DNA of 64,000 nucleotides from a virus. Both the position numbers and the translations under genes were made by a program. Below, one piece after another: positions 1 to 9,297 of the stretch (the first letter of the stretch is position 1; each line of letters opens with the position of its first letter). The notes under the pieces were generated by a model. That model did not search any database. It was not told the origin of the DNA and was given only the letters and a program-made list of their open reading frames with translations. The DNA lies in IMG/VR virus record IMGVR_UViG_3300025671_000038; one strand, given 5' to 3'.

Positions 1-40
1 CGGATGTTCGGATTCTCTTTCCAGAAGGATCCTATATTCT

Positions 41-247
41 TTAAATCGTTTTAGTACCCTCATCTGTCATTTTTCTTTGTCTGCGGCTAAAAGTCCTTGC
101 AATATTAACAGCACATATCTGGCATTTGACAATATGAAAAACAGCTAATGAAGCTGTAGCAAAAGCCCAAAGCCTCGGGGCAAAGAAAAGAACGGATAAC
201 CAAAGTAATAAGAGTGCGATTTTTAATAGCGGTCTTTCAAATCTCAT
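41..247 (-). CDS. hypothetical membrane protein (uncertain)
   Basis: 68-aa ORF with hydrophobic N-terminal stretch, co-oriented with neighbours. Confidence 0.45.
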   Translation of the reverse strand: MRFERPLLKIALLLLWLSVLFFAPRLWAFATASLAVFHIVKCQICAVNIARTFSRRQRKMTDEGTKTI

Positions 248-252
248 GCTTA

Positions 253-462
253 TCAGGAGTTAATTTGATTATTTCTTCTCATGAACTCTTGAGCAGCCCT
301 TCCTTGCCACTCCATCGGATCCATATAACCTGGATCATTCATGGGGTTTACTTGGTGGTGTTGCTTCGATTTGGAATTTGGATCCGCTTTCTGTAGTCTA
401 TCAAGTTTATCTGCGATAGCTTTTATATAAGATTGTGGATCCCTCTGGTAAAGTTGGTTCAT
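253..462 (-). CDS. hypothetical protein
   Basis: 69-aa ORF; GATATATA motif 21 nt upstream (483-490). Confidence 0.6.
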   Translation of the reverse strand: MNQLYQRDPQSYIKAIADKLDRLQKADPNSKSKQHHQVNPMNDPGYMDPMEWQGRAAQEFMRRNNQINS

Positions 463-526
463 GATAATTCTAAATTATCAATTATATATCGGGACGGCTG
501 AACCAAATTTTCGTTACCCCCTGGAT

Positions 527-784
527 CTAGAGATTACTTTCTTTCCTAACCAGTGAGATCACATCAGATAGAGTTTTCCATATTACCATATCTGGTTCTT
601 CTTCAGACTGTATAGCAAGTAACATCTGTCCTTCGTCGGATTTTGCTACTCCCAGAGTCCCTAGTCCCTCGCATATCAAGGGATAATATTGATTCTCACC
701 AAGTTTATTGAAAATTTCTTCGTAATCGAAATCGTGCCAGTCGAAATCGAAGCTATCTCTATATTGTTTGCTAAATTCAGCCAT
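527..784 (-). CDS. hypothetical protein
   Basis: 85-aa acidic ORF tightly packed after the nuclease. Confidence 0.65.
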   Translation of the reverse strand: MAEFSKQYRDSFDFDWHDFDYEEIFNKLGENQYYPLICEGLGTLGVAKSDEGQMLLAIQSEEEPDMVIWKTLSDVISLVRKESNL

Positions 785-791
785 ATCAAAT

Positions 792-1382
792 CTATTCTAT
801 TAAAAAATCAGACCAATCCTTGCCACTTACATCCTCGTTAGGAAAATAAAATTCCAGTTTCTGTTCACCCACTAGTATGATCTTCGTAAATCCAACCGGA
901 AGTGCTGCACCATACTCCAGTATTTGTGGAGAGGGGCCAAAGTGTACTATGATTTGTACTTCCACGTTACCAAATACCTTGGCAAGGTCTCTTTCGAACC
1001 TCTCCAGCTCCTTCCATGGACCCCTGTTTAACCCTTCGTGCTGAAGAGCACAGTTGAGATACGAGAAAGTTTTTCTAAGAGTTTCCTTATCACAGTTGAA
1101 AGCTGCAGCAGGAGCTAAATGTCCCTTATCCCATACGTTATTTTTGTAATCGTCGTTGTCTGAAGTGTGGATCCCATCTACCTCTCTGAAGTCCATCCCC
1201 TTCCTGGATGCATTACCGGTTGGGCATTCCACATCATACCAAAGCTCAAGCGGTTGCTCCAAGATTTCCGAATATCTGACCTTAAAAATATCGGTTATGA
1301 TGGTGTCTCCGGAAATAGTATAATCCTGAGCCAGGATATTTCCCGTTGCGATCAGGGATAATAATAGAATCTTGATCTTCAT
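792..1382 (-). CDS. DNA/RNA non-specific endonuclease (NucA-like), Sec signal peptide
   Basis: WDKGHLAPAA motif, NCALQHEGLNRGPWKELE; signal peptide MKIKILLLSLIATGNILA followed by Q. Confidence 0.88.
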   Translation of the reverse strand: MKIKILLLSLIATGNILAQDYTISGDTIITDIFKVRYSEILEQPLELWYDVECPTGNASRKGMDFREVDGIHTSDNDDYKNNVWDKGHLAPAAAFNCDKETLRKTFSYLNCALQHEGLNRGPWKELERFERDLAKVFGNVEVQIIVHFGPSPQILEYGAALPVGFTKIILVGEQKLEFYFPNEDVSGKDWSDFLIE

Positions 1383-1408
1383 GAGCTTCTTGTTTTCTTT
1401 CCGTATAT

Positions 1409-1711
1409 CTATCCTATGAATGGAGAAATAAGATTAGCAATCTTGTATCCGGTAAATGCTCCAAGAGCAGCTGGAACTGGGAAAACTATAAATTTACCTA
1501 AGGAGGTAACATATTTAGGTCTGTTCACTACCTTTCCCACAAAGAAATAGTAACATAGATAACTAACGAGAACTGCGATATCCACCCGATTAGCAATAAA
1601 AACCACTATGATGGATCCGATGAATCCATATGTAGCGTTTTCTAATATCGCACGACGAATCTCCTCTTTTGGAGTTTCTCTATATTCTTTCTGTATCTTT
1701 TTTAAGCTCAT
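1409..1711 (-). CDS. hypothetical membrane protein
   Basis: 100 aa, about three hydrophobic segments. Confidence 0.7.
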   Translation of the reverse strand: MSLKKIQKEYRETPKEEIRRAILENATYGFIGSIIVVFIANRVDIAVLVSYLCYYFFVGKVVNRPKYVTSLGKFIVFPVPAALGAFTGYKIANLISPFIG

Positions 1712-1814
1712 AATTCAGGTATGTATGATAGGAGTAGTACGAAAGCTATTATTATAGCCCACTGGAATATTTCCTGAACTATGTTGTTCTCTAGTATTTT
1801 CTTTATCTTCATTT

Positions 1815-2852
1815 TTAGTTGCTTAAAGGGGCTTGTATTGCCGGGTGTGACTCGTAACCATCCAGTATAAAGTCCTTCACTCTAAGTATATCAATAATGC
1901 TATCGAAATCCTTTAGATGGTCTTTAAAAAGTATTCTGGGCAAATCAAAAGGCTCTCTACGGATCTGCTCCTTTGCTTGCTGAATGTGATCGTTGTAGAG
2001 ATGAACGTCCCCCAAGTTACCTACTAATTCCCAGGGAACCATATTGACTTCCTTTGCGATTATCTCGAGGAGGAGACCATAAGATGCTATGTTGAAAGGT
2101 AGCCCAAGAAAAGTATCTACAGATCTCTGGTTCCACATTAAAGAAAGCTTCCTTCTGGGGGCTTTTACAGAATCCATCTTTTCGTGGCTCATATTTTGAG
2201 TAAAACTCTTATCCTTATCGATGATGATAGCCCACTGTTCCTGTCTTTCTTCCTCTTCCATCTCGGTAGTGTAGCACTGAAATCCGTAGTGACACGGAGG
2301 TAGGGTCATTTTTCCCAGCTCCCCTACGTTCCAGGAGTTAACCATAAGTCTTCTGCTGTCCGGATTTTCCTTCAGATCCCTTACTAGGTTTTTTATCTGG
2401 TCTATGTATAGGTGATCCCTGTCTTGCCAACTTCTCCACTGCTTACCGTAGATAGGACCTAGTTCGCCCCATTTCTTGGCAAACTCGTCATCGGTTTTAA
2501 TCTTTTCGATAAACTCATTTTTTGACAAAACAAAATCATGAGGTGGTATTCCAGGTGTAGTTTCTTTATCCAAGTATGCTTTGTATGCATCACCATTCCA
2601 AATGTTACATCCATTATCCACCAGGTACTTAATATTGGTATCTCCTCTTAAAAACCACAGTAACTCGGTTACCATAGTTCTGAATGCCATTTTCTTCGTG
2701 GTTAAAAGGGGATAACCCTCGGACATCCTGTGCCTGATCTGTCTGCCAAATACCGAGATAGTTCCAGTACCTGTGCGGTCTGATTTCTCAACCCCGTGGG
2801 TTATGATGTCCATTAGTAAACCTTGGTATTGGGTATCTAAGTTGTTCCTCAT
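1815..2852 (-). CDS. thyA: thymidylate synthase
   Basis: DRTGTGT, PLLTTKK, LPPCH catalytic Cys, QRSVDTFLGLPFNIASY (dUMP-specific Asn). Confidence 0.97.
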   Translation of the reverse strand: MRNNLDTQYQGLLMDIITHGVEKSDRTGTGTISVFGRQIRHRMSEGYPLLTTKKMAFRTMVTELLWFLRGDTNIKYLVDNGCNIWNGDAYKAYLDKETTPGIPPHDFVLSKNEFIEKIKTDDEFAKKWGELGPIYGKQWRSWQDRDHLYIDQIKNLVRDLKENPDSRRLMVNSWNVGELGKMTLPPCHYGFQCYTTEMEEEERQEQWAIIIDKDKSFTQNMSHEKMDSVKAPRRKLSLMWNQRSVDTFLGLPFNIASYGLLLEIIAKEVNMVPWELVGNLGDVHLYNDHIQQAKEQIRREPFDLPRILFKDHLKDFDSIIDILRVKDFILDGYESHPAIQAPLSN

Positions 2853-3082
2853 AAGTCGAGATCTATGCTATATTCATTTAACTTACCGTAGAAGAAGTCG
2901 CTAATTTCTTCATATGCTTTATAGGTATCCTCGCTAGTACCATCGGGAGCATACTTAATCTTTGCTCTAAGCTCCTGAGAAATATCCCACAGAACCATTT
3001 GCATATCAATAGCTTTGAGCATTCTCTTGTGCTCTCTAGCATCATCAGGTTCGTGGAGATCGAATTTTATAATAGCTTCCAT
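2849..3082 (-). CDS. hypothetical protein
   Basis: 77 aa, overlaps thyA start by 4 nt. Confidence 0.7.
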   Translation of the reverse strand: MEAIIKFDLHEPDDAREHKRMLKAIDMQMVLWDISQELRAKIKYAPDGTSEDTYKAYEEISDFFYGKLNEYSIDLDL

Positions 3083-3426
3083 AGTTCGTAGATTGAATTT
3101 TCAGTATGAAACTTTAAGTAGTCTTCCCTTTGCTCTACAATCTCGGTAATAACCGTTGTTTGCCAAGTGAAGAATTCATTAAACGGGGACATAAGCAAAG
3201 ATCGACCAACAGCAGGTTCATCGTGTTTTGATTTGAATGTACCGTCTTCATTCCATTCAAACCACACGATATCATTAGATTGTTTAGTTAGTCCATCCCT
3301 TTCCCGAACCAGCTTCCAATTCATCTCAGTTCCTCCGAAAAGAATTTTAGCCTGCTCGTCATTCATTTTAAGATTCCCGCTCTCGTCCATTTCTAGCAGG
3401 ATCTTTGGTTGTGCTCCAGTTATCAT
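3067..3426 (-). CDS. hypothetical protein
   Basis: ORF track 3067..3456; ATG at 3426 avoids a long overlap with the upstream gene. Confidence 0.65.
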   Translation of the reverse strand: MITGAQPKILLEMDESGNLKMNDEQAKILFGGTEMNWKLVRERDGLTKQSNDIVWFEWNEDGTFKSKHDEPAVGRSLLMSPFNEFFTWQTTVITEIVEQREDYLKFHTENSIYELWKLL

Positions 3427-4019
3427 AGATATTTTTCTTTTAAAACCTCGTCCCAATAGCAGATAGACTCTTTCTTATCTGGTCCAAAACTACGTTTCCA
3501 AATCTCCGGATTAATTTTTCTTGCCGCTTCGATTCTTTCACGGACGCTCATTAAATCTGCATCTGTATCATTTTCATAGGTCAACCAACAAACCCAATAG
3601 TGATCTGGATGTGGTACGTGAAAGAATAGTGCTAGTTGCCATTTTAGAAATACAAAAGACCACATTGGACCCCACTCGAAACGATAATCAGTGGGATCCC
3701 ATTTTGTTTTGTAACCTAATCCTACAAAATCAAAACCAATCTTTTTTGGGACAGGGAATCGATAATTCATTTTTTCTTTTACCAACTCATCGACACTCTT
3801 TATTGTCTTCTGATAACCATTCTTGGCATTAAGTTCGTTAAACCTTTCATCTTCTTTGATTTGTCTTAATGCCGCCTCCATTGCCAATTTAGGAGTTGCT
3901 TTAACCCATCTACGAGGAAAGAAGTAAGGCGTGCCGAAGGCAATCTTACCTAAATACCACTTTAGCTTTGGCCTTTTGAATGGTGAATTGAACGCTTTCA
4001 GGAACCTAAATTTATTCAC
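3423..4019 (-). CDS. hypothetical protein
   Basis: 198-aa aromatic-rich ORF in the operon. Confidence 0.7.
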   Translation of the reverse strand: MNKFRFLKAFNSPFKRPKLKWYLGKIAFGTPYFFPRRWVKATPKLAMEAALRQIKEDERFNELNAKNGYQKTIKSVDELVKEKMNYRFPVPKKIGFDFVGLGYKTKWDPTDYRFEWGPMWSFVFLKWQLALFFHVPHPDHYWVCWLTYENDTDADLMSVRERIEAARKINPEIWKRSFGPDKKESICYWDEVLKEKYL

Positions 4020-4203
4020 TTTCCCTCCCTACCAGCTCTAACTGGCTTTCGTTAAATATGTGTAGTAATCCATGCTCTTCCATCTCTGCTACTATCCGGA
4101 CATCACCTTTGGTGGTTTTGAAAACGCTTACCACGGTGCAAGGGAAACTATATCCCTTAGGTTTGTATGCCTTATCACCCTCCTTAAATTTGTATTCCAT
4201 CAT
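4012..4203 (-). CDS. hypothetical protein (small SH3-like beta protein possible)
   Basis: 63 aa, YKFKEGDKAYK start typical of small phage beta-barrels. Confidence 0.6.
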   Translation of the reverse strand: MMEYKFKEGDKAYKPKGYSFPCTVVSVFKTTKGDVRIVAEMEEHGLLHIFNESQLELVGRESE

Positions 4204-4225
4204 TTCCTGATGTATTTAGGATAAA

Positions 4226-4393
4226 TCAATTATTCAAAATGGATTTACCGAGTATTAAGGGTGAAGCGTCCTTATGGGAACTAATTCTGAAGTGATTATC
4301 CCCCTCCACGATAATTAGCGGTTTTCCTGCGAAAGCTCGAGAATAGTTCTTGTAAACGTAGTCAGTTACCTTTTGTTCGATTGCCTTGTCCAT
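4226..4393 (-). CDS. small hypothetical protein (55 aa, not in ORF track)
   Basis: Translated by hand: MDKAIEQKVTDYVYKNYSRAFAGKPLIIVEGDNHFRISSHKDASPLILGKSILNN; fills the gap between co-oriented genes. Confidence 0.55.
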   Translation of the reverse strand: MDKAIEQKVTDYVYKNYSRAFAGKPLIIVEGDNHFRISSHKDASPLILGKSILNN

Positions 4394-4399
4394 TGCTTA

Positions 4400-4735
4400 T
4401 TATTTAAAGATTTTGTTCAGTATTGCAAGTTTAACTCTTTCTATCCGATTTAATCTGCTTCCCCACATTTTTCTATCACTTAGATCGTCATATTGCTTGA
4501 ATAGAAAATTGTATAGGAAAAATATGTCCCATTCATCCACAGTAAATTTCCTTACATCCGTCATGTTAGGTAATCTAAAATGAAATCTAAGAAGGGAATA
4601 AGTACGGAGCGAAGTGAAGCTAAAGAGTCTAAATCCCCATGAAGAATAGTGATCGTGAAAAGATAGGTCTAGCAGGCTGAATGAGTAATTCCATCTTCTC
4701 GTTAGCCATGCTATTTTTTCTAATATACCTCCCAT
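4400..4735 (-). CDS. hypothetical protein
   Basis: 111-aa ORF. Confidence 0.6.
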   Translation of the reverse strand: MGGILEKIAWLTRRWNYSFSLLDLSFHDHYSSWGFRLFSFTSLRTYSLLRFHFRLPNMTDVRKFTVDEWDIFFLYNFLFKQYDDLSDRKMWGSRLNRIERVKLAILNKIFK

Positions 4736-4799
4736 AAAAATCCTGTTAAATTCATATATTTTACAGGATAGGATAAGGTTTTGTTTCGCCGAATCTTGA

Positions 4800-5720
4800 C
4801 TATTTCTTGGCCTTGAACTTAAGGTTTATAGGCTCATCCATCCGGTTGTCTATCACGTAACCCGGAGAAACTACCTCAGCTTTTACCCAGTCCCCATCTT
4901 CTCCTATGGGTAATTCTATTATCTCTCCGACCGGTAGCTTTTTCGGGAGCTTCAGATCTTTGCCATCCACGTTTATATTAAGATCTAGCCCTACTCCTTC
5001 ATCCCGGAATTTATCATCGATCCTATTATTGATCTTATCTATTTCACCCTCTACGAATCCTTTGGCGAATTTTACGAAGACCTTGATCTTATTACCCCTT
5101 CCTAGATTGTACTGCTGCTCCTTGGTGTAATCTATTGGTACGGATTTACGATCTTTGTATGGTGATACCTCTCCGCCCTTTACTTCCAGCTTATATACGT
5201 ATTCCGGCTGTCTGGGGATCATTTTGAATGGCCCAGCTGATTCTCCAAAGTTTCTAATTGAATGCTCCGCCTGCCTCTTCTCTATTTCTAATTCATCCAT
5301 GTTTGCCGGATATGGAATTATGGTCATAAGGTTTCCGTCTTTTATCGGGATGTAAACTTGATTTCCCCTACTTTCCTTGGGGATCCCTGTTTTCTCGTCT
5401 TTTACCTCAGAAACTATAATTATCGGATAATCAACGCCGTCATGGGTAATATAGGGAGATATCAGGGGATAGCCAGAGTTACGATCGAAAGCTAATGTTG
5501 ATTTCTCTAGCTTTTGGATCCTCTTGGAAATCTCCTCCTGGATAAGTTTTTTAGCCTGTTCTTTAATCTTGCTAGCCGGAGTAGGTATCTTAGCCAAGAG
5601 TTGCTGAGGGAGTAGAACGTCCTTCATGTTCTCTATTCTTTCCTTCACCCTTTCCTTAAAGTGAGCAGTCGGATCTAAATCCTCCTGAAGTAAAAGCCAT
5701 TCTTTAAAATTAAAAACCAT
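4800..5720 (-). CDS. hypothetical protein, possible internal virion protein
   Basis: 306 aa; N-terminus MVFNFKEWLLLQE resembles the T4 capsid-targeting sequence. Confidence 0.7.
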   Translation of the reverse strand: MVFNFKEWLLLQEDLDPTAHFKERVKERIENMKDVLLPQQLLAKIPTPASKIKEQAKKLIQEEISKRIQKLEKSTLAFDRNSGYPLISPYITHDGVDYPIIIVSEVKDEKTGIPKESRGNQVYIPIKDGNLMTIIPYPANMDELEIEKRQAEHSIRNFGESAGPFKMIPRQPEYVYKLEVKGGEVSPYKDRKSVPIDYTKEQQYNLGRGNKIKVFVKFAKGFVEGEIDKINNRIDDKFRDEGVGLDLNINVDGKDLKLPKKLPVGEIIELPIGEDGDWVKAEVVSPGYVIDNRMDEPINLKFKAKK

Positions 5721-5734
5721 AGCTATCGTTTCAT

Positions 5735-7234
5735 TTAAGCTAGCATAGACCCGTCTGGATTGGAAATATCAAAATTCGACGCATATTCCTTAGCATTCCG
5801 GAGTGCTTTGCTTCCTTCTATATTTTTTCCCCATCCAGAATTGGCATTGGTAGCTGCTTTTAAAGCAGTGTCAAAGTCGATAAAATCGTTGGGGTCATCG
5901 TTTCCGTATTTCCTTTTGGAGTGTTTACTGTTCAGCCTATTAAGGAAAAAGAGAGCTGCTATCTCTGCAGCTATTTTTGGGTCATTTACCATGCTCGGAT
6001 TGTTCACTATATCTACATTAGTGCCGTTCTTCCTTAGAAGATCATTATACTTCTTATAGCTATCCTTGAAGGTAAGCTGGTTAAACCCTCTTCCTCTGTA
6101 TTTAGCTCCATCCCCCGGAGAATCGTTTCCGTATCGCCCACCATAGACAACATCCCAGAATCTATCTACATCTTTCTTGAGATCGGTCAATTCGGATTCA
6201 GTGTAGTTTGAAACCCTGCTTCCAAATATCTCCCTTATCCGTTCGTTTGATGTTTTATTGTATGGATTCTCGTCCTTAGGTACAAAGTTAGACTCCTTCC
6301 CTATTACACTTAATATTCCCTTTTGTATCAACGGGTTTATAATTCCATACTTATTTAATGCGCTTACAACTATTTCGATATTTTCCCTGTGAGGGATTGC
6401 TTTGCCTCTGGGAACTATCGCGCCAACCACAGGAGACAATTCGCTATGAAGGTCTCTTGCAACGGATAGCTCTGTCTCTCTACCCTGATTTGCTGACAGT
6501 CTCGAAGGAACTGGGCCTTTCGAAATTGGTTGTGATGAGGTCTGAGGAAGATTTAATAGAGTAAATAAAGGAGTTGAACTAGCGCTTCCCCCTGCAGAGG
6601 CAACCGCTTCCTCCTTCTTCTTTTGCAGAAACTTAAGAAATCCCATCACATTGGAACTGGATTTGCTTCCGCTATCAGAGTAGTCTTGATCCCACTTTAT
6701 ATCAGCGGGGGACATGCCACCGGTGATCTTCCTCCCTTTCTTGGGTGAATTCGGGTCAATAAGAAGAAGGGACCCATCTTCTTTCATATAATCTCTTATG
6801 TGCTTATCATTGCTTAGACCTATATGAACGTGTGTAGATTTGCTTTTGCCCCATTCCGATATTTCTCCTATTAAGTCTCCAGCTTCTATCTTATCTCCGG
6901 GCTTTACTGAAACGTTCTTAAGGTGGGTATAGAAAACCTGTGGGTCTCTGCCAGAGCTGTCAACCGTAACATGTGTTCCATAAACCTTTCCTGATTTTTT
7001 CCCTGTGTCCTTTACTTTCGTTACCTTTCCGCTTGTAATGGAGTATACCGGGGTACCAGCTTTTGCAAAAATATCCCAAGCATTATCCGATTGCCAGTTT
7101 CCTAGGGGTCTGGCAGAATGATCCCTCGGTCCATTTTCGTAGGATCCCCATTTAGGGTCTGTTCCACCGAAGATGGTTACTGCCTCTTTCAGGATCCCGT
7201 TTGAATTCTTGAATTGGTTATAGTTGGAGATCAT
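5735..7234 (-). CDS. M23 peptidase + GH19 (lysozyme/chitinase-like) peptidoglycan hydrolase fusion
   Basis: M23: AWDIFAKAGTPVY, FYTHL, STHVHIG; GH19: KYRGRGFNQLT; ORF track start 7270, ATG 7234 preferred because GATATATA lies at 7261-7268. Confidence 0.85.
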   Translation of the reverse strand: MISNYNQFKNSNGILKEAVTIFGGTDPKWGSYENGPRDHSARPLGNWQSDNAWDIFAKAGTPVYSITSGKVTKVKDTGKKSGKVYGTHVTVDSSGRDPQVFYTHLKNVSVKPGDKIEAGDLIGEISEWGKSKSTHVHIGLSNDKHIRDYMKEDGSLLLIDPNSPKKGRKITGGMSPADIKWDQDYSDSGSKSSSNVMGFLKFLQKKKEEAVASAGGSASSTPLFTLLNLPQTSSQPISKGPVPSRLSANQGRETELSVARDLHSELSPVVGAIVPRGKAIPHRENIEIVVSALNKYGIINPLIQKGILSVIGKESNFVPKDENPYNKTSNERIREIFGSRVSNYTESELTDLKKDVDRFWDVVYGGRYGNDSPGDGAKYRGRGFNQLTFKDSYKKYNDLLRKNGTNVDIVNNPSMVNDPKIAAEIAALFFLNRLNSKHSKRKYGNDDPNDFIDFDTALKAATNANSGWGKNIEGSKALRNAKEYASNFDISNPDGSMLA

Positions 7235-7288
7235 ATGGATTCTACCGAAATTTATCTCCATATATATCAACCTCGTATACTGGAGTAT

Positions 7289-8077
7289 TTACCAGCATTC
7301 CAGGGATGGATAATAGGTATCACCATCCACGAAGGGAAATAAATATGCGTGTTCCCGGATCCGAAATTCCATATTTTTTGGACATCCCTTATGATCGGAG
7401 TAGCTAAGATACTCCCTGGAGACCATTGGCCATATGGTATAGTTATTTATCGGGGTATCTTCGCTGGTAATAAAGTGGTCTATATCCATCTTATCTCCCT
7501 TCCTCATGTCGATATTATCCTTTATCTTTTGGAGAGCAGTGCTTCTTATTATGGAAAAGTTAATGGTTGATGCTGTAGAGATAGGTTTCGCTAGATGTTC
7601 CGTTATGATACCCATTTTGCCAAAGAAATAATGGTTACCTATAAGTATATCCCAGTCTGGGGGAAGCTGGGAATAAGCTAGTCTTATTTTTTCCATTGCT
7701 CCTTCTGCTAAATATGCATCATCCTCCATGACAACTATAGAATCCTGAGATTCGTCCACAAAAGCTTTCTCCATCAAGGATAAGTAGCTTCTAAATATGG
7801 CCCAAGGCACATCTGACTGATCCTCTATGGCAAGGAATCTCTCGACCTTGAAGTTACTGAAAAGCTGCTCATTTCTTTTGTTAAACTCATCCCATCTATC
7901 CGTTCTCCTCTCGAGATTTAATATGTATGCTTTGCTTGGGAATGGGACCTCATTTTCCCCTTCGATATTAAAGTCCCCGCTGATATCTACTATTCTGGAG
8001 AGATCCCTCTCCTTATTCAATTCACAGATTCTTCTGAAATCCCCCGGTCCATAATTAGAAGCTCTGCTTGGATCCAT
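7289..8077 (-). CDS. glycosyltransferase family 25
   Basis: AYILNLERRTDRW, VVMEDDA, PPDWDILIG. Confidence 0.85.
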   Translation of the reverse strand: MDPSRASNYGPGDFRRICELNKERDLSRIVDISGDFNIEGENEVPFPSKAYILNLERRTDRWDEFNKRNEQLFSNFKVERFLAIEDQSDVPWAIFRSYLSLMEKAFVDESQDSIVVMEDDAYLAEGAMEKIRLAYSQLPPDWDILIGNHYFFGKMGIITEHLAKPISTASTINFSIIRSTALQKIKDNIDMRKGDKMDIDHFITSEDTPINNYTIWPMVSREYLSYSDHKGCPKNMEFRIREHAYLFPFVDGDTYYPSLECW

Positions 8078-8083
8078 ACTATA

Positions 8084-8524
8084 TCAATTTTCCCATTCAT
8101 CCCATTCCGGATCCCTCCAGCTATCTCCTGAATAGTAGTCGTCAGTTTCGACATGAGATAATTCCCATTGGTAATTGTCCTTGATCCAGATTTTCCTCGT
8201 GTACGGAAATTCAACTTCCCATTTGAATGACGAGCCGTAATCAAACTGACCCGTTATGGACTCTACCTTTGATATGAGATCTATGAAAGAATCCGGGCAA
8301 TCGTCATTAAAGGAATTGCTCTCAATGTATATCTCTATCTTACCATCCGCGTTCAGGGTTAATACCGAGCACAGATCTTCTAAGATTTCGGGATATTCGA
8401 AAGGTATCTCCCTTATTTTGCTAACTATAACATCGATCATGTGATCTTGGCATCGATTCTCAGAAACCAAATCCAAGCTGAATGTGCAGCTTTCTCCCAT
8501 TTTTACTTCCTCTATATTTTCCAC
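8084..8524 (-). CDS. hypothetical protein
   Basis: 146-aa acidic ORF. Confidence 0.65.
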   Translation of the reverse strand: MENIEEVKMGESCTFSLDLVSENRCQDHMIDVIVSKIREIPFEYPEILEDLCSVLTLNADGKIEIYIESNSFNDDCPDSFIDLISKVESITGQFDYGSSFKWEVEFPYTRKIWIKDNYQWELSHVETDDYYSGDSWRDPEWDEWEN

Positions 8525-8537
8525 TATATAACCTTAA

Positions 8538-9113
8538 TTAAAAAATAGAATTGCCTTTTATAAAACGGGAGCAAAAAGATCTCCTGTGTTGGGAAGTTAA
8601 ACCGTGTTTTTCTATAGCATTCATATGATCCTTGGTGCCATAGCCAGAATTCCTTTCCCAGAGATATTCGGGGTACGACGAGGAAAGATCCTCCATCATC
8701 CTATCCCTGGTAACTTTTGCTATAATAGATGCTGCTGATATGGAAGGAACTTTGGAATCCCCCTTTATGATACATTCGAAAGGAATGTTCTTATATCCGG
8801 GGAATTTATCCCCGTCGACCATCAGCATCTCTGGCAAGATTCCGAGATCATCAATTGCCCTAAACATGGATTTGAAGGTAGCCTGGAGTATGTTAATCCT
8901 GTCTATCTCCTCCGGTTGTGAACTACCTACCCCAACGTAGAGAGCACTATCCAGAATTAAATCATAAGCGATTTCTCTCTTTTTCTTGCTTAGCTTCTTG
9001 CTGTCTGTTATGAGATTGTGAGAAAACCCAGGTGGTAATATTACTGCGGACGATACCACAGGACCAGACAGACATCCCCTACCTACCTCATCTATCCCTG
9101 CTGTCATCCCCAT
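8538..9113 (-). CDS. rnhB: ribonuclease HII
   Basis: AGIDEVGRGCLSGPVV, DSKKLS, KGDSKVPSISAASIIAKVTRD, GYGT. Confidence 0.96.
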   Translation of the reverse strand: MGMTAGIDEVGRGCLSGPVVSSAVILPPGFSHNLITDSKKLSKKKREIAYDLILDSALYVGVGSSQPEEIDRINILQATFKSMFRAIDDLGILPEMLMVDGDKFPGYKNIPFECIIKGDSKVPSISAASIIAKVTRDRMMEDLSSSYPEYLWERNSGYGTKDHMNAIEKHGLTSQHRRSFCSRFIKGNSIF

Positions 9114-9297
9114 TCATTTCTTCTAGAGACTCCTGGAAAGCCCTATCGTAAAGTTCTTCCCTATCGATGTACTTCCTGCCCTCCGAATGTAATCTTTCAG
9201 CCTCTTTTGTTACTTTCTCTATCACCCGGTCTTTAATACCTAAATTCCAAGCTTCGATCAGGATTTCTTCTATGTAGCTCATATTCGGATTAAACAT
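9088..9297 (-). CDS. hypothetical protein
   Basis: 69-aa ORF overlapping both neighbours. Confidence 0.6.
   Translation of the reverse strand: MFNPNMSYIEEILIEAWNLGIKDRVIEKVTKEAERLHSEGRKYIDREELYDRAFQESLEEMNGDDSRDR

Noticed and set aside
1815-2852. Intron or intein in thyA (longer than typical)
   Set aside because: The frame is continuous, the extra length is two short in-frame insertions, and no splicing or intein motifs are seen.
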